The notes under the pieces were generated by a model, which was not told the DNA's origin, ran no database searches, and was given only the letters and a program-made list of their open reading frames with translations. From NCBI GenBank assembly GCA_963775465.1, contig CAVZIW010000008.1, forward strand, positions 64,001 to 128,000: a stretch of DNA of 64,000 nucleotides, given 5' to 3'. Both the position numbers and the translations under genes were made by a program. The stretch comes from Candidatus Bathyarchaeota archaeon (GTDB lineage Archaea; Thermoproteota; Bathyarchaeia; Bathyarchaeales; Bathycorpusculaceae). Of the stretch, positions 9,151-20,116 are shown piece by piece (position 1 is the stretch's first letter; the number at the start of each line of letters is the position of its first letter).

Positions 9151-10467
9151 TTAGTTTGCACCCTTGTTCTTTTGATAAATTTTATTTTTCCTAAAAACTG
9201 CAAAGACAACAAGACATGCCATTACCACGATAAGAGAGCCAACGAGAACTACCTTAACTTCAGACTCTGAAGACCCATCTGTGTATCCATCGCTTAATAT
9301 TTTCAAGAAAGCTACGATTGCTGTCTCTTCGGTTAAGGTCAAACCCAAGTTTCCCATATTCATTAAATCGAGGTTGACGGAAGCTTCTGGTTCAGGCCAA
9401 ATTCCCACGTCTCTAGTGTTATAAAAATGCACTATATCTTCAAGCGACTTGAAATAACCATTGTGTCCATATGACTTTACGAATTCTGAGGTGGGTCTTA
9501 AATCAACATTCCGGAGTGTTGGAACCTTAAATGTGCCTAATGCAGGTTCATATACAGTTGGAGGGTAACTCGCGTTTTTCAAAAAGCTTCCAAGCCCAAG
9601 ATCTCTAAAATTTGCTCCATCAGGGTTATATTCACTTGATATGTTGTAGAAAGGATTTTCTGGATTTTTGGGTATGCCGAGATTCCAATAAGTGTAATCT
9701 GTGAACACGGGGAGTTCACCTGAAGGTGTTTGTTCGCTAGGATGGCAGCTGGCACACAAACCCTTTCCCTGAAATAGCTTCAGTCCCTGAGCTTCCTCTT
9801 GAGTAAGTTGAGTCTTGTCCGCAAGATACGCATCATACTTAGATGTATAGGGGTTAACCTCAGATGATCTTTCATAAGCAGCTATTGACATCGCTATTTT
9901 ATCGTAAGCTTCATCAACATTGTTTAATGATCCTTTTCCCCAAACTTCTTCAAATAGTTTGGTGTAGTTAGATAAAATGACCTTGAAAACCACGCCCTCT
10001 TTGTTTGGAATATTCTGCTCAAGAGGATTTAGGAATGGACCTTGGGCCTGTTCCGCAAGTGGGTCACCAAGTGTCCAGCCGGTTGCTCTACCATCAAAGA
10101 ACATGCCGCCTATCCATTGGCTTTTTGTTTCATTGAAATATAGCACGGGGCTTTCACCTGCATATGCGGCACTGGGTGGCGCTCGTGCAGTAAATCGGGT
10201 ATCAATGGCACCTTCGTAGACTGCACCGTGGGCGTTGATATCAGAGTTTGGACCTGTAAATCCTGTTTCTGGAGAATGGCATGCCGAACAAGACACACCG
10301 GATGGCGTTGACAAATTCGTGTCAAAGAAAAGATTTTTCCCTAACAATTCTATTGGGGTGAGACTTTCAGATGCTGATGTAGTTTGTATGTTGAGTGGAG
10401 GTAAGACTCCAAAAAGCAGCAGGAAACAAAGTAAGACGCAAAGCAAAAGAGGAGCAGTTTTTTTCAA
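9151..10467 (-). CDS. Di-heme cytochrome c peroxidase / MauG-family protein, secreted and C-terminally membrane anchored
   Basis: LGKNLFFDTNLS, CSACH, FDGRA, EQAQGP, GLKLFQGKGLCASCH and FKVPTLRNV motifs. It has an N-terminal hydrophobic signal, a C-terminal TM helix and a basic tail. Confidence 0.85.
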   Translation of the reverse strand: MKKTAPLLLCVLLCFLLLFGVLPPLNIQTTSASESLTPIELLGKNLFFDTNLSTPSGVSCSACHSPETGFTGPNSDINAHGAVYEGAIDTRFTARAPPSAAYAGESPVLYFNETKSQWIGGMFFDGRATGWTLGDPLAEQAQGPFLNPLEQNIPNKEGVVFKVILSNYTKLFEEVWGKGSLNNVDEAYDKIAMSIAAYERSSEVNPYTSKYDAYLADKTQLTQEEAQGLKLFQGKGLCASCHPSEQTPSGELPVFTDYTYWNLGIPKNPENPFYNISSEYNPDGANFRDLGLGSFLKNASYPPTVYEPALGTFKVPTLRNVDLRPTSEFVKSYGHNGYFKSLEDIVHFYNTRDVGIWPEPEASVNLDLMNMGNLGLTLTEETAIVAFLKILSDGYTDGSSESEVKVVLVGSLIVVMACLVVFAVFRKNKIYQKNKGAN

Positions 10468-10740
10468 AATCAGAGTCCTTCACTTTACCAAATGTAGCAA
10501 TAATAATATAATACTTTCTTGAAGAGCGATAAATGCATGTACTGACGTTTTGTTAAAACTTATAAAAAACTGCAATTCCCCTTAACATAATTCTAATCCA
10601 ATAACTCTTTTTGTTTTAATTCTCTTATTCCAGCGACAATTTCTGAAATAAAAGCCCTACGATGGAAAAATGGGCTTCTTAGAAAATCCTTATTAATTTA
10701 GTTATTAATTGGGAACTTTCTGTGTTTGTGGGGAAGAATT

Positions 10741-12699
10741 GTGCAGTTTGAACTTATTGCTCCATACAAAATGTCGCCTGGACAAGCTGTAGCAGTTGAG
10801 CAGTTAGCAAAGAACTTTTCCACAAAAGATAAACAAACACTTCTTGGCATCACAGGAAGCGGAAAAACCTTTGTCATGGCGAACATAATCAATAAACTAC
10901 AAAAATCAACCTTAATTTTGGCACACAACAAAACGCTTGCCGCCCAACTATATAGTGAATTGAAGGAGCTTTTTCCCCAAAATCGTGTTGAATACTTCAT
11001 CAGTTTCTACGACTATTATCAGCCTGAATCATATTTGCCTGCTCAGGACATGTACATTGAAAAAGACTCAGACGTTAACGAGCAAATAGAAAAAATGCGT
11101 ATGCACGCCGTATCAAGCATAGTTAGCCGAAATGACACAATAATCGTTGCCAGCATAAGCTGCATCTACAGCTTAGGTAACCCCGAAGACTTCAGAACTA
11201 TGGCCGCCAATCTAGAAGTGGGAAAACAAATATCCCGCGGTCAACTCATCCATGACCTAGTAGACATGCAATACGAACGTAACGATATGGTTTTGGAGCC
11301 AGGCAGGTTCCGTGTACGCGGTGAAACCATAGATGTAGTGCCCTCATATGAAAATGAAGTTTTACGCATTGAATTAGAAGGAAACAAAATCAAAAAAATT
11401 AAGGAAGTCAACCTCCTAAACGGGGATGTAAAAGTATCAGTCGATAAACTAACCCTCTATCCTGCACGTCAATACGTTGTTCCAGAAGAAAAGCACGCAA
11501 TGGCACTTGAAGCCATAAAACAGGAATTAGAAAAACGCCTCCCGGAGCTTCCACCCCTTGAAGCTCACCGCCTAAAACAAAGGACAAACTACGATCTCGA
11601 AATGATAAAAGAAATCGGATATTGCAGCGGCATGGAAAACTACAGTCGACATTTTGACGGCCGCAAACCTGGGGTGCCTCCCTTCACTTTGATAGACTAC
11701 TTCCCTAAAGATTATCTGCTCATCATCGACGAAAGCCACCAAACTATTCCACAAGCCCGAGCTATGTACAATGGTGATTATAGCCGTAAAAAGAACCTCG
11801 TAGACTTCGGTTTTAGGCTCCCCAGCGCTCTTGATAATCGCCCCTTAAAGTTTGAAGAGTTCGAGTTAAAAATGGGCAAAGTTCTCTTTGTCTCCGCAAC
11901 TCCAGCTGACTATGAGTTGGAGAAGAGCGGCTCGCCAGTTGAATTAATCACAAGACCAACAGGCCTTCTGGATCCCGAAGTAGAGATGCGCCCAATTGAG
12001 GGTCAGATTCAGGATTTAATGGTTGAAGCAAAGAAAACTATTGACCGAGGCGACAGAATTCTAATTACCACTCTCACAAAACGCATGGCGGAAGACTTGG
12101 CGGAGTACCTTTCCAAAGAGAGTTTTCGAGTTAGATACATGCATTCTGACATCGACAGCCTTGACCGAATAGAACTGGTAAGGCAACTACGGATTGGCGA
12201 ATTCGACATCTTAGTCGGTATCAACCTTCTACGAGAAGGCTTAGACATTCCTGAGGTAGCAACTATTTTCATTTTGGACGCTGACAAAGAAGGGTTCCTA
12301 CGCGACGAACGCAGCCTCATTCAAACTATCGGACGCGCCGCCCGAAACGTCAATGGCAAAGTCATACTCTACGCCGACAACCAGACAAAATCAATCAAGC
12401 ACGCTATGGAAATTACCTATTACAGGCGAAACTTCCAACGACGCTATAACCTGCAACATAATATAACCCCAAAAACGATCATTAAAGGTGTCTCCCAAAA
12501 GGAAAGCGTAATCAAAGGCACAAAGCACTTGCCAAGATCAGACTTGCAACGCCAAATAGTCGAATTAGATGCAAAAATGCATGAAGCCGCTGAGAAACTG
12601 GACTTTGAACGAGCAATTGAACTGAGGGATACGATTGCAGAACTCAACAAAGCGCTTGCTCGTAAGGCAGAAAATCAAGTGTTAAACCCAGAAATTTAA
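10741..12699 (+). CDS. uvrB: Excinuclease ABC subunit B
   Basis: GITGSGKT, HNKTLAAQL, YYQPE, DESH, LREGLD and QTIGRAAR motifs plus a C-terminal UVR domain. GTG start inferred. Confidence 0.97.
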   Translation: MQFELIAPYKMSPGQAVAVEQLAKNFSTKDKQTLLGITGSGKTFVMANIINKLQKSTLILAHNKTLAAQLYSELKELFPQNRVEYFISFYDYYQPESYLPAQDMYIEKDSDVNEQIEKMRMHAVSSIVSRNDTIIVASISCIYSLGNPEDFRTMAANLEVGKQISRGQLIHDLVDMQYERNDMVLEPGRFRVRGETIDVVPSYENEVLRIELEGNKIKKIKEVNLLNGDVKVSVDKLTLYPARQYVVPEEKHAMALEAIKQELEKRLPELPPLEAHRLKQRTNYDLEMIKEIGYCSGMENYSRHFDGRKPGVPPFTLIDYFPKDYLLIIDESHQTIPQARAMYNGDYSRKKNLVDFGFRLPSALDNRPLKFEEFELKMGKVLFVSATPADYELEKSGSPVELITRPTGLLDPEVEMRPIEGQIQDLMVEAKKTIDRGDRILITTLTKRMAEDLAEYLSKESFRVRYMHSDIDSLDRIELVRQLRIGEFDILVGINLLREGLDIPEVATIFILDADKEGFLRDERSLIQTIGRAARNVNGKVILYADNQTKSIKHAMEITYYRRNFQRRYNLQHNITPKTIIKGVSQKESVIKGTKHLPRSDLQRQIVELDAKMHEAAEKLDFERAIELRDTIAELNKALARKAENQVLNPEI

Positions 12700-12781
12700 T
12701 GTTTAATGCAAAAAGGTTCTAATCTTTCAAATTAAGACTGGTTTAAGTTACTAAGTGGAGAAGAAAAAAGGGTTCAGAGTA

Positions 12782-15685
12782 ATGCGCGATAACATTTCAA
12801 TTAAAGGTGCAAGAGAGCACAATCTAAAAAACATCGATTTAGAACTACCCCGAAACAAACTGATAGTTATTACTGGGCTTTCAGGCTCGGGAAAATCGAC
12901 ATTAGCATTTGACACTATTTATGCGGAGGGTCAACGCAGATACGTTGAGAGCCTATCTGCATATGCTCGGCAGTTCTTAGGTTTAATGGATAAACCAGAT
13001 GTTGACTCCATCGAAGGACTATCACCTGCAATATCGATTGAACAGAAAAGCACCAGCAAAAACCCCCGCTCCACAGTCGGAACAGTTACCGAAATCTACG
13101 ACTATTTGAGATTGCTTTTTGCGCGTATCGGAGTTCATCACTGCCCAAAATGCGGAAGTAGCATCCATCCACAGAGTGCAGAAAACATCACCAGTCTCAT
13201 CATGGCAGACAAAGGCAAAAAACTAGTTTTTCTAGCTCCAATTATCCGAGGCATGAAAGGCACACATGAACAGGTTTTCGATGACCTCAAAAAAGAAGGC
13301 TATACAAAAATCCGCGTCGACCAAAAAATCTATGAAACCGACCACATAAAAGAAGAAGTAAAACTCGTTCGATACGAAAAACATTGGATAGAAGCCGTCA
13401 TAGATACTACCTTGGTTTCCGATGAGGAACGCTCTCGAGTAGCTGAAGCCGTCGAGGGAGCCCTAAAAACAGGCAAAGGCACTATGATTGTAATCGCTGC
13501 GGCAAACCAGGATGCTGGCAAGAAAAAAGAATTGGAACGCTTCGAGGGTGAAACCATGTATAGCACATTTGGTGCTTGCCCAAACCACCCCGAAATTGTC
13601 TTTGAAAGCCTTGAACCTCGCATGTTCAGCTTCAACTCACCCTTTGGCGCTTGTCCAACTTGCCACGGACTGGGCGAAATAACCGAAGTTACTGCAGACA
13701 AAGTAATTCCAGATAAAAACCTTACAATTATGGATGGCGCATTAGCAGTCTACAAAGGAACCATGGAACTCAGCTGGCGGGCACAACAAATAGCAACAGT
13801 GGGCAAAAAATACGGTTTCGATATCTTTACTCCAATTAAAGACTTTACAGAAAAACAACTCCAAGTTCTACTTTACGGCGACAAAGAACCCATCGATGGA
13901 ACCTGGTCTAACGGCGCCAGCATGTGGATGCGAGATGGCTGGGAAGGAATAATTCCACAAACCATGAGACTCTACCGCCAAACCGAAAGTGAATGGCGAA
14001 AAGAAGATATCGAAAAATACATGACTTCTCGACCTTGCCAAACATGCAAAGGAAAAAAACTCCAGCCAGTTGTTCTTGCTGTACAAATCTTGGGCAAAAG
14101 CATAATTGACGTCACTGACATGTCGATTGAAGAATCTGTCGACTTTTTCCGCGATCTGCCACCCCAATTGAACGAAAAAGAGACCACAATAGCTAAACAG
14201 GTTCTCAAAGAAATCAACGAACGCCTAGGCTTTCTCAAGAATGTCGGATTAGGTTACCTTTCTCTGTCACGAGCAGCCAAGACTCTTTCCGGCGGAGAAG
14301 CCCAACGTATTCGATTAGCAACGCAGATTGGAAGCAACCTTATGGGCGTTCTCTACATTCTTGATGAACCAAGCATAGGCTTGCACCAACGGGACAATGC
14401 CAAACTCATCCGCACCCTACAACGCCTGCGTGACTTGGGCAATACCCTAATCGTTGTTGAGCACGATGAAGAAACAATGAGGCATGCAGACTGCATTGTC
14501 GACATGGGACCAGGCGCAGGAGTCCATGGCGGACACATAGTTGCAGAAGGTTCGCCCCAAGAAATCATGGAAAACCCCCGAAGCTTAACAGGCAAATATC
14601 TCTCGGGTGAACTCAAGATCGAAATCCCTTCTGAACGACGCAAACCCATCAATTACATGGTAATTAGCGGCGCAGAAGAAAATAACCTTAAGCACCTCAA
14701 CATTCGACTGCCACTTGGCGTTCTATGCGGAGTCACGGGCGTTTCAGGTTCAGGCAAAAGCACCCTGATGAACTTAACAGTTATCCCAGAATTGCGAAAA
14801 ATGTTCGGAGAACAAGTTGACAAAATTGGAAAACACGAAGCGCTGGATGTTCCACCATTTGTACGCAACGTAATAGTTATCGACCAAGACCCAATCGGCA
14901 GAACACCAAGAAGCAACCCAGCAACCTACACAAAACTTTTTGATGAAATTCGTCGCATTTTCGCCTCCACAAAAGAAGCTAAAGCCCGAGGCTACAAAGA
15001 AGGCCGATTTAGCTTCAACGTCAAAGGGGGTAGATGTGAAACTTGCAAAGGTGACGGTGTAATAAGAATCGAAATGAACTTCCTTCCTGACGTATACGTT
15101 CAATGCAGCGAATGCAAAGGCAAACGTTACAACAAAGAAACCCTCTCCATTAGCTACAAAGGCAAAAACATCGCCGAAATCCTTGCTATGACAGTGGAAG
15201 AAGCAGCAAAATTCTTTGAAAACACTCCACGAGTCTCTCGAAAACTCCAGACTCTGCTCGATGTAGGGTTAGGCTACATTAAGTTAGGGCAAAGCTCAAC
15301 GCAACTCTCAGGCGGGGAAAGCCAACGAATCAAAATAACCCGCGAACTCAGTAAACACAAAAAAGGGCATGTCATTTATATGCTGGATGAACCAACAACA
15401 GGTTTACATTTTGACGACACAAAGCGGTTGATTCGTGTTCTAAATCGACTAGTGGATAATGGCAACACAGTATACATCATTGAACACAACCTTGACGTCA
15501 TAAAAAGCTGTGACTACCTAATCGACTTAGGTCCCGAAGGCGGAGCAGCGGGCGGCGAACTCTTAGCTCAAGGTACACCTGAAGAACTAACAAAAATAGA
15601 GCAGTCTTACACTGGAAAGTTCTTGGAAAAGATACTTAACAACGAGCTCCAAGAAATTATGTTAACAGTGAAGCAGTCTCCATGA
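12782..15685 (+). CDS. uvrA: Excinuclease ABC subunit A
   Basis: Two ABC domains (GLSGSGKS and [13 protein letters not shown] twice) and zinc fingers. Confidence 0.97.
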   Translation: MRDNISIKGAREHNLKNIDLELPRNKLIVITGLSGSGKSTLAFDTIYAEGQRRYVESLSAYARQFLGLMDKPDVDSIEGLSPAISIEQKSTSKNPRSTVGTVTEIYDYLRLLFARIGVHHCPKCGSSIHPQSAENITSLIMADKGKKLVFLAPIIRGMKGTHEQVFDDLKKEGYTKIRVDQKIYETDHIKEEVKLVRYEKHWIEAVIDTTLVSDEERSRVAEAVEGALKTGKGTMIVIAAANQDAGKKKELERFEGETMYSTFGACPNHPEIVFESLEPRMFSFNSPFGACPTCHGLGEITEVTADKVIPDKNLTIMDGALAVYKGTMELSWRAQQIATVGKKYGFDIFTPIKDFTEKQLQVLLYGDKEPIDGTWSNGASMWMRDGWEGIIPQTMRLYRQTESEWRKEDIEKYMTSRPCQTCKGKKLQPVVLAVQILGKSIIDVTDMSIEESVDFFRDLPPQLNEKETTIAKQVLKEINERLGFLKNVGLGYLSLSRAAKTLSGGEAQRIRLATQIGSNLMGVLYILDEPSIGLHQRDNAKLIRTLQRLRDLGNTLIVVEHDEETMRHADCIVDMGPGAGVHGGHIVAEGSPQEIMENPRSLTGKYLSGELKIEIPSERRKPINYMVISGAEENNLKHLNIRLPLGVLCGVTGVSGSGKSTLMNLTVIPELRKMFGEQVDKIGKHEALDVPPFVRNVIVIDQDPIGRTPRSNPATYTKLFDEIRRIFASTKEAKARGYKEGRFSFNVKGGRCETCKGDGVIRIEMNFLPDVYVQCSECKGKRYNKETLSISYKGKNIAEILAMTVEEAAKFFENTPRVSRKLQTLLDVGLGYIKLGQSSTQLSGGESQRIKITRELSKHKKGHVIYMLDEPTTGLHFDDTKRLIRVLNRLVDNGNTVYIIEHNLDVIKSCDYLIDLGPEGGAAGGELLAQGTPEELTKIEQSYTGKFLEKILNNELQEIMLTVKQSP

Positions 15686-17301
15686 TTCAAATTGATTCAC
15701 CCTCTGACTTTAAGAGCTCCGATATACCAACCCAACCAGGCGTCTACCTGTACCGCGACGAAGCAGATGAAATTCTATATGTGGGCAAAGCTAAAAACCT
15801 TCGCAGCCGAGTAAAAAGTTACTTTGCAAGCAAAGATCAGCCCATAAAAACACGGCAGCTTGTGACTCGAATCCGCAAAATCGACTGGGTCATCGTGAAT
15901 AACGAAGTCGAAGCCCTACTTTTAGAGAACAAGCTCATCAAGCAACACACCCCCAAATACAACGTTAACCTCAAAGACGCCAAAACCTTCGCTTACATTG
16001 CATTTACTAGAGAACTTTTTCCTCGAATATTGACCAGCCGAAAAGTTTCGCGCAAACTCGAGTCCTTTGGTCCTTACACCGACGGCTTTACGCGCCAAGA
16101 CCTCCAACGGCTAGTTGTCAGAGTTTTTAAACTGCGCACATGCAAGACAATTCCCAAACGTGCCTGCCTGAACTATCACATTCACCTTTGCACCGCCCCC
16201 TGCATTGGAAAAGTGACCACCGAACAATACTTCGACCAGGTAAACCAAGCACGATCTTTCCTCAACGGTAATTACCAACAAACGGCTGAGCAACTTAAAG
16301 TTCAAATGCTAGCTGCATCTGAAGAGCAGCAATACGAAACTGCTCTTGAACTTCGTAACCAAATCCAATCAATCCGGCTCCTGACCGAGCGACAGATCGT
16401 AGATAACGAACGACGCTTCGACCAAGATGTACTAGTTTTTCGTCGGGTGGGTGAGAAAATGTTAGCTGTTCAGATGGGAGTACGCAAGGGAGTGCTTTTA
16501 GGCAAGAAAGAATTCAGTGTTGAAGTTCAGCCTCAGATTGAAGAAGAATTCTTGAAGGCCTTCTACACCGCCAACCAGATTCCTCGAGAAATCCTACTAA
16601 ACAAACCCTGCTGGCAAAACAACGAAGAAAGGAAAGCATTAGAAGAGTTTCTTGCCGCCAAGCGACTGGCTCCTGTTTCATTACGAATTCCCAGAAAAGC
16701 CGATAAATTGGCACTTTTAAGATTGGCTGAGAAAAATCTCGAATCATCCTTAGATGTCGACTGCGCACTTGTAGATCTGCAAAACAACCTAAACCTGCCC
16801 GTGCTGCCTCAAGTAATAGAATGCTTCGACATATCTAACCTTGGCACAGAACACGTTGTATCAGGTATGGTTGCTTTCAAAGATGCTAAACCTGACAAGA
16901 AAAACTACCGCAAATTCAAAATCAAAACCTTCACTGGACAAGATGACTTTGCCAGCGTCAATGAAGTTGTCGCAAGACGCTACAAACGCCAAATTGAAGA
17001 GAAAAACCAATTGCCCGATCTGGTGGTTATAGATGGCGGACCAGGACAGGTTAGCGCCGCAAAGCATGCATTGCAAACACTTGGACTGCAGCTTCCAATC
17101 ATCGGTTTAGCCAAAGAGCATGAAGAAATTTACTTACCTGGCGAATCTGGACCTCGAAGATTTGACAAGAATAACCGAATGATGCTTCTGCTACGTAAAA
17201 TCCGTGATGCAGCCCACGACTTCTCATTAGGTTACAACCGCAAACGAAGACAGATGAAAATCCGAGAAGAGTTCAAACCAAAAAAACCTCGCCCGAAATA
17301 A
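15682..17301 (+). CDS. uvrC: Excinuclease ABC subunit C (lacks the C-terminal HhH domain)
   Basis: GIY-YIG domain (GVYLY..YVGKAKNLR), Cys cluster, UVR domain and RNase H-like FDIS/IDGG/RDAAH. Confidence 0.93.
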   Translation: MIQIDSPSDFKSSDIPTQPGVYLYRDEADEILYVGKAKNLRSRVKSYFASKDQPIKTRQLVTRIRKIDWVIVNNEVEALLLENKLIKQHTPKYNVNLKDAKTFAYIAFTRELFPRILTSRKVSRKLESFGPYTDGFTRQDLQRLVVRVFKLRTCKTIPKRACLNYHIHLCTAPCIGKVTTEQYFDQVNQARSFLNGNYQQTAEQLKVQMLAASEEQQYETALELRNQIQSIRLLTERQIVDNERRFDQDVLVFRRVGEKMLAVQMGVRKGVLLGKKEFSVEVQPQIEEEFLKAFYTANQIPREILLNKPCWQNNEERKALEEFLAAKRLAPVSLRIPRKADKLALLRLAEKNLESSLDVDCALVDLQNNLNLPVLPQVIECFDISNLGTEHVVSGMVAFKDAKPDKKNYRKFKIKTFTGQDDFASVNEVVARRYKRQIEEKNQLPDLVVIDGGPGQVSAAKHALQTLGLQLPIIGLAKEHEEIYLPGESGPRRFDKNNRMMLLLRKIRDAAHDFSLGYNRKRRQMKIREEFKPKKPRPK

Positions 17302-17387
17302 ACAAAAATTCTATCATGCAGGATTAGAAACAATACGTTTCACGCATATTAGAAATTCAATGTTTAAACTATTAGAGAATGGGTCTG

Positions 17388-17467
17388 TGCCTCAGCATTC
17401 GTATAACCGTCATCATCTCAGGGACTACCAATCCCCTCTCAGACTGACGTGTTAATCGTCATAGGCA
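17388..17467 (-). ncRNA. Box C/D methylation-guide sRNA (candidate)
   Basis: The minus strand reads TGCCT-[C ATGACGA]-13 nt guide-[D' CTGA]-hairpin-[C' ATGATGA]-14 nt guide-[D CTGA]-GGCA. It has a terminal stem and a TTTTTATC TATA-like element about 25 nt upstream. Confidence 0.75.
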
Positions 17468-18044
17468 ATCAATAATGCACACAATGTTAGATAAAAATAA
17501 TCCATTCAAAACTGATTAAGACAACAAAACGATGCCCAAACTCCAGAAGCCCGCCCTCCTCAGGTCTCCTATAAGCAACTGACACCCCGCAGACCGGAGA
17601 CCACTATACTATGCACCTCCCTCCGCACTCAAAGACTCTGTTTTTGAAGTTGAAGCAATAAGGTTTTGCGGGCTAACCTACTAGTGATTTGTTCAATTTC
17701 TATTCCGCACAAAACCTCACTACAAACAATTATAACGGTATTTTATGCTATCTAGCAAATGGCTATTTCTTTCCTTGGGTAAACGCTGAAGGCTGCTTGT
17801 TCTTTCATGACCAATCGAGTTAGAGTTGATTATTGCTGTTCAATTCACAATAACGTTTATCGCGTTCAGTTTTTAAACGATGTCTGAGCGTCAATGTCTG
17901 TGAAGTTAGAATGCTTCAAGAATTAGCCATCATTCCGCGACTGAGACTTCCCGGGAGCCTCAGAAAACTTGCGTAATTGTTGCAGAGGAATAGAAGCAAT
18001 ACCTGGTCCTTGCTTCCTAAACCAAATAAATATCCATATTGCCT

Positions 18045-18452
18045 TTACTGAAACTCTCTCAAAGCTTCCTCAAGCTCGCTAAAACTCTTTATTATAATGT
18101 CTGAATGAAAAACTATCCATGGACTCAGGCAGTTTATTTCTGATACGACAATGATGTGTTTGCCTTTTCGTTTGGCATAGAACATTTCCATACACGCACC
18201 CGCCGAAAGAATAGGCAGGTAAACAACCATTACATCGCATTTATCTGCATCATCTAAGTCTCGCTGGATAAAGTCAAAGACCGGTACCTTATCCCACCAA
18301 CAATCCTCCGTGCCCTGATAAATTACTCTTTCCCTCTTCCAGGGATCAATAACTTCAAACCCAACTTTTTCAGCGATTTTAGTGATGGATTTTCGGTAGT
18401 CCTGGTTTTTTTCCATACCGATAATGGGACCTGAAATGAACAACGACTTCAT
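18045..18452 (-). CDS. Nucleoside 2-deoxyribosyltransferase-like protein
   Basis: FISGP, RDLDD..CD and SAGACMEMFYA pattern of the flavodoxin-like NDT fold. Confidence 0.65.
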   Translation of the reverse strand: MKSLFISGPIIGMEKNQDYRKSITKIAEKVGFEVIDPWKRERVIYQGTEDCWWDKVPVFDFIQRDLDDADKCDVMVVYLPILSAGACMEMFYAKRKGKHIIVVSEINCLSPWIVFHSDIIIKSFSELEEALREFQ

Positions 18453-18514
18453 CGACGTAACCGTACTTCAACAAACACGAAGACTAATATGTTTTATTTT
18501 TAATTGTTGCTGCC

Positions 18515-20008
18515 TCATGGCTTTGTTGATGTTTGGAATTTTTTGCCGTTTTCTTTGCACAATTCTCGGATTAGGTTGCGGCCAGTCAAGCAAACAGTGT
18601 TTAATCCAATTGTGCCGATAGCCCATTGTCCAACCATGTAAAAGTTCTTCAGACCAGGGAGTCTTTTGCTTACGCCATTATTGGTGACTTCTTTGACATA
18701 CTCTTTTGGAGCACCCCACGCTTGGCAACCACGGTAAGCCGCTGTCCAATTCTCAACCGATATTGGTGTAACGATTTCAGTTGCTTCAATATTGCCTTTG
18801 AAGCCTGGAAACCGCTTCTCCAATCGCTCAGCAATTAATTGGGCAACCTCTTGTTTTTCAGCACGGTACATCTCCTTGTTAGCGGAAAGCGCTTTCCAGT
18901 AATCATAATCAGATTCTAATACCACTTTGACGACTGTTTTGCCTTCAGGCGCCAAAGAAGGATCAAAGTTGAAAATTTCAACATCTAACCTGTCTCTTGC
19001 TTTGCCTTCCACCCTTAACGGTTGGTCTTGAAAGAGTACTAACGCGTGCGGTTCACCAGGAAATTCTTTGGCAACACCGTACCAAACTTCTAGCCCAAAC
19101 GGCTGAACTTTCGGATAAGCCTTGTAATAGGCGTCGATAGTTGGATTCACGTATTTGCCTTCCAACATGTTGTAGATTGTACTGTAACCGTCCGCGGCAG
19201 AAACAACGATATCTGCAAAATGCTCAGAGTCATCTCCAAGTTGCACACCCACTGCAACTCCATCTTTGACGATAATACTCTTCACTTTTGAATGGTAAGC
19301 TATTTGACCTCCAAGTCCCAAATAACGTTGCTCAATATTTTTCGACAAAGCCATTGAACCGCCGATTGGCCAGCCGCCATCACCCTGATTCAAAGTAGCT
19401 AAGAAAATCAAGGCAATCACCGTTGGGACTTCTGGGATGTCATATTGTATAGTTGCAAAAGCTTTACGCATGAACGGGTCAGTGAATTTATCTGCAAAAT
19501 CTCTGAGTGTCATCTTACTATATTTCATCAAAGCACTCATCAACGGGAGCATCTTTAGTTTTGTCGCAGCGCCCCCTGACATGGCGGCAAACAAGTCATA
19601 ACCGCTAAATTTGCGCACAGCCTTCACAAATTCCTCTATGACTTTCTGGTCGGCAGGTGCAAGTTCTTTCATATGCGTTTCAAGTTTTTTTAAGTCAGCG
19701 AAAACCGTGAAAGCCTTGCCGTTTGTATCCTCAACCTGAGTGAACTCCTCAAAAGCATGAACTTGCAATTCGTGTAATGCACCCAGTTCTTGCCACATAT
19801 GGTTGTTAACCGAGTTCGGAGTAACACCAAATACGTTATGGACAGCATAATCAAAAAGATACCCCTTTCGCAGCCACGAAACGCAGACGCCGCCAGGCTT
19901 TTCTTGCATTTCGAAAATCTTTGTATTGTAACCATTCATCTGTCCGTAACAGCCAGTAGCTAAACCTGCAAGACCAGCTCCGATTATCATGAGCGACTTA
20001 TTTACCAT
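18515..20008 (-). CDS. FAD-dependent oxidoreductase, phytoene dehydrogenase family
   Basis: IIGAGLAGL, E..PGG, W.RKGY.FD, TP and C-terminal YMVGQW motifs. Confidence 0.85.
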   Translation of the reverse strand: MVNKSLMIIGAGLAGLATGCYGQMNGYNTKIFEMQEKPGGVCVSWLRKGYLFDYAVHNVFGVTPNSVNNHMWQELGALHELQVHAFEEFTQVEDTNGKAFTVFADLKKLETHMKELAPADQKVIEEFVKAVRKFSGYDLFAAMSGGAATKLKMLPLMSALMKYSKMTLRDFADKFTDPFMRKAFATIQYDIPEVPTVIALIFLATLNQGDGGWPIGGSMALSKNIEQRYLGLGGQIAYHSKVKSIIVKDGVAVGVQLGDDSEHFADIVVSAADGYSTIYNMLEGKYVNPTIDAYYKAYPKVQPFGLEVWYGVAKEFPGEPHALVLFQDQPLRVEGKARDRLDVEIFNFDPSLAPEGKTVVKVVLESDYDYWKALSANKEMYRAEKQEVAQLIAERLEKRFPGFKGNIEATEIVTPISVENWTAAYRGCQAWGAPKEYVKEVTNNGVSKRLPGLKNFYMVGQWAIGTIGLNTVCLTGRNLIRELCKENGKKFQTSTKP

Positions 20009-20116
20009 CGAATACCCAACCTGATTTCTAAATTAGAATTATATATCTTTTCGCTCGTCTTGAAAAAAATCCACTGCAAACAATATTTAGGTCAAAACAG
20101 AGTATGTTGATGAAAA

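Noticed and set aside
17595-17620. tRNA D-arm-like TAGTATAGTGGT on the minus strand (split or permuted tRNA)
   Set aside because: There is no matching acceptor stem, anticodon arm or T-loop nearby.
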